From Myxococcales bacterium (GTDB lineage Bacteria; Myxococcota_A; Polyangia; Polyangiales; Polyangiaceae): a stretch of DNA of 64,000 nt. The position numbers were made by a program, and so were the translations under genes. The stretch is from NCBI GenBank assembly GCA_043747615.1, contig JAYTOU010000017.1, forward strand, positions 64,001 through 128,000. Direction: 5' to 3'. Every line of letters begins with the position of its first letter. Position 1 is the stretch's first letter. This document shows positions 21,288 through 29,838 of this stretch, one piece after another. The notes beneath the pieces were generated by a model that worked only from the letters and a program-made list of their open reading frames with translations, did not search any database and was not told where the DNA came from.

Positions 21288-22517
21288 TCAGACGATGGGG
21301 TGCGGATTCGCTCCGAACGGGCTCGTGACCTTCAATGCCGCCGCCGCTGCTGCCCAGAATTGCTTGGTGCCCGGGGTCGCGCCACTGAAGCGCGCGTCGC
21401 CGTCACACGGATAGCTGACCGTGTTTCGGATGTACTTGCCCATCATGGCCACGACGGTGCCGTCACCGTGATCGCCGGTGGGCGTGCGCACGAAATCGCC
21501 GGAGAGGCACACCACGACGTTGCGCGTCTGATCGTTCAGCATGCGCGTCAGAAACGTCTTGAGCGGATTGACGATGCTGCTCATCATCTTGGTCCGCGAA
21601 AATTCGCCGTTGCGCGAGGTGCCATCGGGATTGAGCTGGTGGAAGTCCCAAGGCACGAAGCCGGGATCGCAGATGTTGACGACGTTGGTCCCCGCAGCGC
21701 GGATCATGATCTCAGCGCCAGCAATCATGGATGCGAAGGATCCCACGGCCGTCGCGCCGCCGAGCCCATATGCCGTGGAGATGTCCGCAAAGGTGACGGG
21801 CGGCGTCGGAGGAACCGGGGTCTGCAAGGTGGCGATCGCGGCGCCGTAGCCATCGGTGACGCTGATGAGGGCGTTCTTGTTCCGCGCGACCTGGGTCTGC
21901 GAAATGTCCCGCGAGGCGGTGAGACCGGCAGCGGCGAGCTGACGATCTGGAAGCGTGGGATCAGGCGTGGGCGACTGGCCGAGGGAAGCGATCACGCTCT
22001 TCAGATCCTGGATCCTCTGCAGGGACACGCTGCCGAACGCGGGTTGCGGGCCGTAGGGCAGGCGATCGCCGAAGTGAACGGCCTTGAGGGGCGAGCTTCC
22101 GCCCATCGTCGCGGCGAGCTCGGTGAGGTAGCTGTTCGTTCCGTCGAAGAGGAGCGCGCGCTCGGCCCCGCGATCGAGATGGCTGGTGACGCCGTGGTGA
22201 ACGCCGACGGCTGCCCAGTGCTGGAGCGCGAACGCGGGCATCGTGCCGAGCGTTGCTTTGTCGGTAAAAACGCCTCCGCCGAGGTCCAAGAGGTTCGAGC
22301 TGGTAACCCCGAATTTGTTCCCGGTGAGGAACTTGTCGGCGCACCCCGCAAAGAGCCCGTTGAACCCTCCCGGAAAGATGATGTGCACGAGGTGCGAAGG
22401 CTCGGTCGCCGCGAGGGCGTTACCGAAAAATTGCGCACCCCCGGCGAGTCGCGTTCCAGCAAGTGCGCCGGCACCGACCGCTGCTGTCTTGAGAAATCCA
22501 CGGCGTGAGATCTTCAT
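21288..22517 (-). CDS. Tat-exported DUF1501-like protein
   Basis: Twin-arginine SRRGFLK, then IIFPGGFNGL, WDFH and SGDFVRTP..DHG, which resemble DUF1501 motifs. Confidence 0.7.
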   Translation of the reverse strand: MKISRRGFLKTAAVGAGALAGTRLAGGAQFFGNALAATEPSHLVHIIFPGGFNGLFAGCADKFLTGNKFGVTSSNLLDLGGGVFTDKATLGTMPAFALQHWAAVGVHHGVTSHLDRGAERALLFDGTNSYLTELAATMGGSSPLKAVHFGDRLPYGPQPAFGSVSLQRIQDLKSVIASLGQSPTPDPTLPDRQLAAAGLTASRDISQTQVARNKNALISVTDGYGAAIATLQTPVPPTPPVTFADISTAYGLGGATAVGSFASMIAGAEIMIRAAGTNVVNICDPGFVPWDFHQLNPDGTSRNGEFSRTKMMSSIVNPLKTFLTRMLNDQTRNVVVCLSGDFVRTPTGDHGDGTVVAMMGKYIRNTVSYPCDGDARFSGATPGTKQFWAAAAAALKVTSPFGANPHPIV

Positions 22518-22527
22518 TGTCGGATCC

Positions 22528-23196
22528 TCAGAACGTCAAAAAGCGGGTGGAGGTCATTGCGGTCGCGCAGACGTAGGCCCAGCGACGGCGGGCATCTGGC
22601 TCTTTGGCGAGCGCGGTGGTCGCGTAGCTCACGCACGAAGCAATCTCCGCAGGCTGCGGCGTCTGACTCCAGAATTTCTTCATCATGCTCGTGCACTCGT
22701 CGGGCGCGGTTGCCGCGGTGGGTACCGCCGAAAATTCGGCGCCCGTCGCCGTGAAAGTCAGACACCCTTCGAACGCGATGCGGTAACTGGTGCTCAGCTC
22801 GACCGCGCTGGAGTGAGCCTCTTGGTACCAGCGGGCTGGGACGTCACCGAAGGTGGAAGCGTTGGCGGCGAGCGAGGCCGGAGGAGCGCCCACGGTCCGG
22901 GTGTACTCACCGGACAGAACGCTGAACGGTTTGACGCGCGCGCGGTTTTCGCCAGCCGCTTCGTTTACGCGATCGCTCTCGAGCGCGATTTTTCCGTAGC
23001 CGACGTACGTGCGACCTTCCGGCTTCTGGTTGCAGGTGGTGGCCGCTCCGGGGTCAGGTTGCCCGCCGTCGGCGGTGGCGGGATTGGTCCCAGGATTGAA
23101 CGGGTCGTCGCCGAGCCCGAGCGCGTTCGGATCGCCGCTGCATCCTGCGACGCCGACCAAGAAGAGACCTGCGAGGAACCTCACGTGCGCGCTCAT
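22528..23196 (-). CDS. Hypothetical lipoprotein (DUF1595-like helical C-terminus)
   Basis: MSAHVRFLAGLFLVGVAGC lipobox, C-terminal WAYVCATAMTSTRFLTF. ATG overlaps the upstream stop. Confidence 0.7.
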   Translation of the reverse strand: MSAHVRFLAGLFLVGVAGCSGDPNALGLGDDPFNPGTNPATADGGQPDPGAATTCNQKPEGRTYVGYGKIALESDRVNEAAGENRARVKPFSVLSGEYTRTVGAPPASLAANASTFGDVPARWYQEAHSSAVELSTSYRIAFEGCLTFTATGAEFSAVPTAATAPDECTSMMKKFWSQTPQPAEIASCVSYATTALAKEPDARRRWAYVCATAMTSTRFLTF

Positions 23197-24161
23197 TGGC
23201 AGAACCCGGCGTCCTTGGCGACGATGGCGACGGCCGACTGAATCGTCCCCTTCGACGTGAACTCGTCGACGCACTTGTCGAAGAGGAGTGCCTCGCACTG
23301 ATTCTCGTTCCTGCTGTACAGGAAGTTGAACGCGAGGCGACACGCGCGGAACTTGAACTGCGGTGATTTCACCATGCTGTTCACGAGGTCGGCGTCGCTC
23401 GCGACCGTCTCTCCGTCGAGCACCGACTGCGGCCCTTCGCTCGGCGGAAGGAAGGTCATCGTGTCTCCCGTGCCTTGCCTGCGGGTCAGCACCTTGGCGA
23501 TCTTGTCGAGGGCAAACCAGCTGTCGTAGTGGCAGCCCGCGCATGCCGCTGCCTTACGGCCGACCGAGGTGCGATCGTCACCGGGCTTGGCGACGGACGG
23601 CGTGAGCTCGACACCGACGACGTTGTTCACGATGCGGTAGGCGGTCGAGAGCTTGTAGCCAGCGGTCTCATTGCCGGCGTAGCGGCGCTGCCACGGAAGG
23701 CTCCGAAAATACCCGAGACCGTTAGGATCGGCGGTGACGACCATGTTCTTGCTTGCGTCCACGTCGACCGTGTACTGGCCGATGAAAAGATCGGTCCACG
23801 GCTTGGCGTTGGCGAGGACGTACTTCGTGAGAAAGTAGACGGCGTCATCGGTCTGAAGCGCGCCGGGGCCGCCGTTGAATGTAGCATTCACGAATCGCGA
23901 GAAGCGCTCGATGAACGCTGGCGAGGTCAGCATCGGGTCGACGGCGCCCTGCGGATTGGGCGTCGCGAAAAACGTCGCCGTCGGACTAGCGCCCAGCATG
24001 GCGATCGAAAGACGCGTAGCGCAGCGCTGGTCGAGCTCGGTCTTGTCCTCGCCCGTGGCGTGCGCGCTCTTGCTGCCACCAAGGCCGACCGCCCCGGCAA
24101 CAGCCAGAAGCGGTGCCACCGCAAGAAGTATTCGTCGCGTTTTCCTGCCGACTCGCGTCAT
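23193..24161 (-). CDS. Exported protein with a single CxxCH heme-c motif (DUF1585/PSD-like)
   Basis: Signal ending AHA, CAGCH motif, additional paired Cys, SD GGAGA. Confidence 0.7.
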   Translation of the reverse strand: MTRVGRKTRRILLAVAPLLAVAGAVGLGGSKSAHATGEDKTELDQRCATRLSIAMLGASPTATFFATPNPQGAVDPMLTSPAFIERFSRFVNATFNGGPGALQTDDAVYFLTKYVLANAKPWTDLFIGQYTVDVDASKNMVVTADPNGLGYFRSLPWQRRYAGNETAGYKLSTAYRIVNNVVGVELTPSVAKPGDDRTSVGRKAAACAGCHYDSWFALDKIAKVLTRRQGTGDTMTFLPPSEGPQSVLDGETVASDADLVNSMVKSPQFKFRACRLAFNFLYSRNENQCEALLFDKCVDEFTSKGTIQSAVAIVAKDAGFCQ

Positions 24162-24187
24162 CTTCCGATTCTCCTAGTGGACGCCTA

Positions 24188-24203
24188 GGCAAGGACCGAA
24201 CCA
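24188..24203 (-). promoter_or_regulatory. Putative sigma54 promoter of the three-gene exported-protein operon
   Basis: Minus strand reads TGGTTCGGTCCTTGCC (GG-N10-GC with TTGC). The implied TSS near 24177 lies just before the SD. Confidence 0.5.
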
Positions 24204-24380
24204 GCCGCGATGCCGGCGCGAAGTGCGTGATGACCGCTGCGTTTGCGCGCGTTTTCGGTCGATCGACTGGATCGGTCGCCCATCGCCCACACGTGATCCA
24301 CCCCGCGGCAGCTCGCGAACGGAGCCCGCGCGACGGAGCTCAGGAGACGGGCCGCGGTGCTCCTGCTAGGCTTGAAGCGG

Positions 24381-24782
24381 ATGCCCGACTCGAAAGACAA
24401 GCGGGCAGAAGGCGGCGCAGCGAACGTGGTCGTCCCGGTCCCCTCGCCCCGTGCGGTCAGTGGTGCCCGCGAGCTTCAACGTCCGTCCGAGCGGCCGACG
24501 ATGCCTCCTGCGATGCCTTCGATGCCCGAGGTGCCGTCGACGCCGTCGATGCCGTCCATCACCAACCCGCCCATCTCTCACGAGAGGGCGCTACGCGTCG
24601 ACCGGCTCGAGGACGAGGACGACATCCCTGAGCTCCTTCGGTCAGCCAGCGCGAGACCGCCCACGACCATGCCTTCGGGCCTGCCGCTCCCGAACGTGCC
24701 GCTGGTCCGTATCGCAAAGCAGGTGCGCGGCTTCGAGGAGGAAGTCGTCATTAATCGGAAGGACCCGCGGCGCGAGGAGTAG
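24381..24782 (+). CDS. Pro-rich, probably disordered hypothetical protein
   Basis: PTMPPAMPSMPEVPSTPSMPS low-complexity run. TAGGCT lies 8 nt before the ATG. Confidence 0.55.
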   Translation: MPDSKDKRAEGGAANVVVPVPSPRAVSGARELQRPSERPTMPPAMPSMPEVPSTPSMPSITNPPISHERALRVDRLEDEDDIPELLRSASARPPTTMPSGLPLPNVPLVRIAKQVRGFEEEVVINRKDPRREE

Positions 24783-24800
24783 CGTACCCTCGCGCCCAGT

Positions 24801-25565
24801 ATGAGCGACCCGAGCCCTGCGAAGAAAGCGCATTTCAAGCGGAGGGATTACCTCATCGATCCCCGCTTCCAGTTGAAATACACCGGCCTCCTCGTCGCGG
24901 TGGTGCTGGCGGTGATGGTGTTTCTCGGCGGCGAGCTTTGGCAGAGCGCCAACGTGGCCTCGACGTACGCGCAGATCGCCTCCACCCAAGCCGAGCTCGC
25001 CATGAAGGAGAGCCACACGAGCTCCAGGCTGGCTCGCCAATGCGTGGTGACGAACGCAGCCGACAACGCCATCCTCCTTCAAGTCGTCGAAGAGGAGCTC
25101 GCCGCGACGGACCGCCAGGCGGAGAGCGATCTCGAAGTGGTGAAACGCGGGCGCATCGACGTCGAGATGCACCGCCGGGCCATGCGCGAGCAACTGATCG
25201 CAACGGGGATCGCGCTCACGGTGATCCTCAGCATCATGGGCATCTTCATCACGAACAAGATCGTCGGGCCTGTCTACAAGCTGAAACGTCTGCTGCGTCG
25301 CGTCGGCACCGGTCGTCTGGCGACGAAGGAGCGCCTGCGCAAGGGCGACGAGCTCGGGGACCTCTTCGATACCTTCCTCCAGATGATGTACTCGCTGAAG
25401 GCCCTCCAATCGGGTCGGCTGGCTACGCTCGACGACGCGATGGAAAAGGCCAACGCCAGCGGGGCCGCGCCCGAGGTCCTGCAAAGCCTCCAGGCCCTCC
25501 GCGCGCAGATGGCTCTCGGGCTCGCTGTCGAGCTGCCGGCCACGAAGAAGGAGGCGTCATCATGA
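24801..25565 (+). CDS. Two-TM HAMP-domain protein with no output domain
   Basis: IDPRFQLKY, two TM helices, HAMP TNKIVGPV...RLRKGDELGDL. Confidence 0.8.
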   Translation: MSDPSPAKKAHFKRRDYLIDPRFQLKYTGLLVAVVLAVMVFLGGELWQSANVASTYAQIASTQAELAMKESHTSSRLARQCVVTNAADNAILLQVVEEELAATDRQAESDLEVVKRGRIDVEMHRRAMREQLIATGIALTVILSIMGIFITNKIVGPVYKLKRLLRRVGTGRLATKERLRKGDELGDLFDTFLQMMYSLKALQSGRLATLDDAMEKANASGAAPEVLQSLQALRAQMALGLAVELPATKKEASS

Positions 25566-26056
25566 GCGCCAGTGAGCGACCGTCATTGGTGATGGCGCAT
25601 CCGATCGTGCAGTCGGCCATTGACACGCTCATCACGCGGTTCGAGCACGGTGACTACAATCCTACGCCGATCATCGATCTCGGCGTGCTCGTCGCCAGCG
25701 CCGACGGGGCGGCGGACGACGACGAGATGGAGACACTCCGCCACATCTTCCAGTCGCTGTTCGGTGCCGCCTTCAGCAAAGACATGGTCGGCTTCTTGAT
25801 CGCCGCAAGCCTCGAGGTGCTTCATGCCGCCGGCGTCGACTCGCGCGTGCGCCTCATCGCCGAGATATTGAAGGACTGCGACGCCGTCAAGCCGGGCATC
25901 GTCGTCGCGCTCGCTGTCGCCTACTCGAGCGAAGGCTTGTCCGCTGCCGAGCGCGGGGTGATCGAAGCAGTCGCGCGATCCGCCGGCCTCTCGACGAGCG
26001 AACTCGACGTACTGATCGAAAGCGTGCGCGTCACGTCGATAGCCGCCCGCAGCTGA
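25562..26056 (+). CDS. TerB-like (tellurite-resistance family) protein
   Basis: LVASADGAADDDEM...VAYSSEGLSAAERGVIEAVARSAGL. ATGA overlap with the HAMP gene. Confidence 0.75.
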   Translation: MSASERPSLVMAHPIVQSAIDTLITRFEHGDYNPTPIIDLGVLVASADGAADDDEMETLRHIFQSLFGAAFSKDMVGFLIAASLEVLHAAGVDSRVRLIAEILKDCDAVKPGIVVALAVAYSSEGLSAAERGVIEAVARSAGLSTSELDVLIESVRVTSIAARS

Positions 26057-26075
26057 ATCCCGTGGGCCGCTCGGC

Positions 26076-26591
26076 TCATTCGGTGACGGTCACCTTGTTC
26101 ATCTTTACGGGGGTGACCGGTCGATCGTCCGCGTCGGTCCGCGTCTTCTCGATCTTGGTGACGACATCCATGCCCTCGATGACCCGCCCGAACACCGGGT
26201 GCTTCGAGGCGCCCGCAGAGAAGTAGTCGAGGTAAGAGTTGTGGACGGTATTGAGGAAGAACTGACAGCTGCCGCTGTTCGGAGCGCCGGTGTTCGCCAT
26301 GGAGAGCGTCCCGGCCTCGTTCGAGAGCTTGAGGTTCGCGGGGTGCTCGTCCTTGATCGTTCCGTCGGGGCCGTCGCCGGTGCCGGCGCGTGCGCTCTTC
26401 GGGTCGCGGCTGTGTGGGCAGCCGAACTGGAGCATGAAGCCGTTGATCACGCGGTGGAAGTGGAGACCGTCGTAAAAACCGCTCTTGGCGAGCTTTACGA
26501 AGTTGCCAGCGGTGAGGGGCATCTTGTCGATGAAGAGCTCGACCTTGATGTTTCCGAGCGACGTTTCGAGGACTGCAGTGGGGTTCGCCAT
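26076..26591 (-). CDS. Cyclophilin-type peptidyl-prolyl cis-trans isomerase
   Basis: [34 protein letters not shown] and HPVFGRV. Confidence 0.96.
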   Translation of the reverse strand: MANPTAVLETSLGNIKVELFIDKMPLTAGNFVKLAKSGFYDGLHFHRVINGFMLQFGCPHSRDPKSARAGTGDGPDGTIKDEHPANLKLSNEAGTLSMANTGAPNSGSCQFFLNTVHNSYLDYFSAGASKHPVFGRVIEGMDVVTKIEKTRTDADDRPVTPVKMNKVTVTE

Positions 26592-26680
26592 CCCTCAACG
26601 CTACGACAGATGTCCTCATCTGATCTAGATTGGCTCTCGTGATTTCTGCGTGGGCGCTCACTGGAGAAGACTTGACGGCG

Positions 26681-27658
26681 ATGAGCACGCCGATCGACGC
26701 GCGTGTATTCTGCACGCGACTGACCAAGCTGGCGCTCGGCCAACTCGGTCACGGCGGTCTCGGAAAAAAAGCAGCGGCTTTTGCGGCGGAGCACCTCGAT
26801 CTGTCCTTACCCCGGGTGGCGCAACAAGAACGCTCCTCCGATGGTTCGACGAAGCTCGTCCTCGCCCTTGCCGATGGAGCGCGGGTCGAAGCCGTGCACA
26901 TGCCGCGCGCCGTGAAGAATCCGCGGGTGACGGTGTGCCTGTCGAGCCAGGTCGGTTGCGCGATGGGATGCACGTTTTGCCGGACGGCACAGATGGGGCT
27001 CGTCCGTCATCTCACGGCGGCAGAAATCGTCGGTCAATTGCTGATCGTTCTCCAGACGCTCGGGCCCGTCGATCCGCAGCGGGTGAACGTGGTGTTCATG
27101 GGAATGGGCGAGCCGCTCCACAACCTGAATGCCGTTCTCACCGCGGTCCGCGTGATGTGCAACCCGGCCGGCCTCGGCCTGTCGCCTTCCCGGATCACGG
27201 TGTCGACGTCCGGGCTCATTCCCGGGATCGACGCTCTCGCCCGCGCCGCTGTCCGGCCTTGCCTGGCGCTCAGCGTCAACGCCACCACCGATGCGGCGCG
27301 GTTGCGCACGATGCCCATCACTAAGGCCCACGGGCTCGCGGACCTTCGACTCGCACTTCTGCGATTCCCCCTCCGGTCGCACGAGAAGATCACGATCGAG
27401 TACGTCCTCCTCCCTGGCGAGAACGACACCGCGGAGGACGCCGTGCGGCTCGCTGCGTTCACGCGCGGCTACCGACATTGCGTGAACGTGATCCCTTTCA
27501 ATCGTTACGACGGCGCCCGCTTCGAAGCGCCATCCGCCGAGAGCCTCGCGCGATTCGTGCGCGCGGCTCAGGATGAGGGCTGCCTGGTGACGGTGAGACA
27601 CTCCCGCGGGACGGACGTTTCTGCGGCGTGCGGTCAGCTCGTGCAGCTCACAACGTAG
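26681..27658 (+). CDS. rlmN: RlmN-family radical SAM RNA methyltransferase
   Basis: SSQVGCAMGCTFC, MGMGEP, STSG and AACGQL. Confidence 0.88.
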   Translation: MSTPIDARVFCTRLTKLALGQLGHGGLGKKAAAFAAEHLDLSLPRVAQQERSSDGSTKLVLALADGARVEAVHMPRAVKNPRVTVCLSSQVGCAMGCTFCRTAQMGLVRHLTAAEIVGQLLIVLQTLGPVDPQRVNVVFMGMGEPLHNLNAVLTAVRVMCNPAGLGLSPSRITVSTSGLIPGIDALARAAVRPCLALSVNATTDAARLRTMPITKAHGLADLRLALLRFPLRSHEKITIEYVLLPGENDTAEDAVRLAAFTRGYRHCVNVIPFNRYDGARFEAPSAESLARFVRAAQDEGCLVTVRHSRGTDVSAACGQLVQLTT

Positions 27659-27671
27659 ACGCGGCGACCCT

Positions 27672-29768
27672 CTATTTTGCAGCCGTTTTCTCGGTCTTTT
27701 CGCCGATCTTGAGGAGCGTGAGATCCGCGACGCCGTCCTGGAAGTGAATGCGCGTGACCATCAGGTTTTCTTGCAGCCCAACGACGTTGATCGTCGCCTT
27801 CGAGAGCCTGTCGCTCACCTCCTGCATCTTCTTCTCGAGGCTCTGCATGAGCGGGCCGGCGGTCTTCACCAGCTTGAGAGTCACGAGCTGCGCGTGGAGC
27901 TCGTCCATCCGAACGCGGTACTCGGCCATCTGCTCGCGGGTGGTGAGCACGTGCTGGGAGATGTCGGACATGTCTTTGTTCAACTTGAGCAAATCCTCGA
28001 CCTGGTGCTTGAGAGGGCCTTCGGCGACGGCGCGCGAGAGGTACACGCGAACCTGCTCGATGCCCTCCGCGGTCCGCACGTCAATCGCCTTGTAGATCGG
28101 GGTCGACTCTTCGATCGTCACCTCTGCTTTGCCGTGCGGCTCGACAGAGACGCGGAACAAGTTGGCGTTTCCGATCTTCTCCTCGCCGCTTCCCGCGGGC
28201 ACCTTGGAGAGCTTGTAACCGGGAGCGACGGTGTGACGAACGTAGACCGTGGCGCGGTCGCCGAGGCGGTTGTTCAGGGTGAACGTGGTCTGCCTCTTGT
28301 GCTGCACCTCGGTCGAGAAGACGCCGCGTTGCACCGTCAAGACGCGAGAGATTTCGTCGACCTCGCCGCTCTGCTGATCGACGACGACCTGCCGGTCGAG
28401 CGCGAACGGAACGAACGCCGTCGACGCCGCGGGAATCGGCTCCGCCATACCTTCGCCGATGAAACGGCCACCGCCGAAGACGGTTACCGGCCCTGTCTCG
28501 AGCGCCGACTGGCTGGGGTTCTTCAGCCGCACGCTGCGAAAGGGAAACTGCGCGTTGCCGCGTGCGCTCTCCGGATCGTAGAGGTAGACGACTTCGCCGT
28601 CCGTCTCGCTGTGCATGATGGACACCATCGCGCTCGTGCCGCGTGCCACGCTAGTGACGCTGCCCGACTCGAAGTTCGACGTACCGATCGGCTCGGCGGC
28701 AGGAGCGTTCGCGGCCGCCCCCTGAGCCGACGCGCGTTCGTCTTTGGACGGGTCCGTCTTTCCCTTTGCGTTGACCTCGGCCTCCACGATGCGGATACCG
28801 CCGGCACGCCCGGTTTGTTCGCCGCGCCCGACGGCCACCACTTTGCTCGGGTCGACGCCGTTGCGGACGAGCTGCTCGCGCATCTTGTTCGCTCGGTCGA
28901 GCGAGGCCGCCTGTTTGTCGCCGTCGCCTGCGGTGGCATAGCCTTCGATTACGATCTGGTTGTGTGTGTTCTGCAACGAACGCGCGACGCGGGCGATCTC
29001 GTCGAGCGCAGCGTCTCTCGGCGGCTGGCGCACCGCTTGGCCGCTCTTCATCACTGCCGTCGGCCCCGCGACTTCCGGCGTACTGGCTGGCGGCGCAGGA
29101 TGGCTCGCGGCGGCGAGGACCGCGTCGTCCATGTCCGCGACGAGCCTTTTTTGCGCTCCGTCCGCGCCGTACGTCGCCCCGCCGGTGGGGGGCGCATAGG
29201 CGAACAGATCGTTTTGCTGAAGTGTCTCGCGCTCGACGAGGCGGACCGACTGCAGATCGAAGCGGAAGGAGAGCGCCGAGCTGGAGCCAACCCCGAGCCG
29301 CACGTTGTTCCAGTCTTCCCCGCTCGTGTTGTCGACGATGGCCCATGCCTGCAGATCCACTTTGCCATTTTTCCCGAGCACGACGCGGTAGCTCGGCTTC
29401 CACGAAGGCGCGTCGGTCACATACGAGAGCTTGAGCCGGTGGGTATGCGGGCCCGACAGACCGATCTTCATGGTGATGAGCCCGGTCTGGGCGCTCACTT
29501 GCTTGGTCGGATACGAGATCGGTGCGGGCTGCCCGGTCTGCGCATCGACCACCGTGAGCGACTTCAGGAAGTCGTCGACCTTGTCACTGGGGACGCTCAG
29601 GTCGAGATGATCGCCCTCCACCTCGGCGGTCCGCTCGAAGTAGGCAACGCCATTTCGGTAAACGACGACGCGGCCAAGCGTGGTGTCGGGAGCCTTCACG
29701 AACGTGGAGGCGATCGCGCCGCAGCCAGTCATCACGAACAAAAGGGGAAGGAAGGTCAGACTTTTCAT
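27672..29768 (-). CDS. DUF4139-type lipoprotein with inserted OmpA-like domain and C-terminal coiled coil
   Basis: Lipobox MTGC, VVVYRNGVAYFER, WKPSYR, WAIVDNTSGEDW, and the insert IVIEGYA...SLDRA. Confidence 0.78.
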   Translation of the reverse strand: MKSLTFLPLLFVMTGCGAIASTFVKAPDTTLGRVVVYRNGVAYFERTAEVEGDHLDLSVPSDKVDDFLKSLTVVDAQTGQPAPISYPTKQVSAQTGLITMKIGLSGPHTHRLKLSYVTDAPSWKPSYRVVLGKNGKVDLQAWAIVDNTSGEDWNNVRLGVGSSSALSFRFDLQSVRLVERETLQQNDLFAYAPPTGGATYGADGAQKRLVADMDDAVLAAASHPAPPASTPEVAGPTAVMKSGQAVRQPPRDAALDEIARVARSLQNTHNQIVIEGYATAGDGDKQAASLDRANKMREQLVRNGVDPSKVVAVGRGEQTGRAGGIRIVEAEVNAKGKTDPSKDERASAQGAAANAPAAEPIGTSNFESGSVTSVARGTSAMVSIMHSETDGEVVYLYDPESARGNAQFPFRSVRLKNPSQSALETGPVTVFGGGRFIGEGMAEPIPAASTAFVPFALDRQVVVDQQSGEVDEISRVLTVQRGVFSTEVQHKRQTTFTLNNRLGDRATVYVRHTVAPGYKLSKVPAGSGEEKIGNANLFRVSVEPHGKAEVTIEESTPIYKAIDVRTAEGIEQVRVYLSRAVAEGPLKHQVEDLLKLNKDMSDISQHVLTTREQMAEYRVRMDELHAQLVTLKLVKTAGPLMQSLEKKMQEVSDRLSKATINVVGLQENLMVTRIHFQDGVADLTLLKIGEKTEKTAAK

Positions 29769-29838
29769 GGGAATCCCTCAGGACGGCGAAGCGTGTCCGC
29801 CTTTGACGTCCGAGAGACCCGGAGGATCTGCCCCCGCT

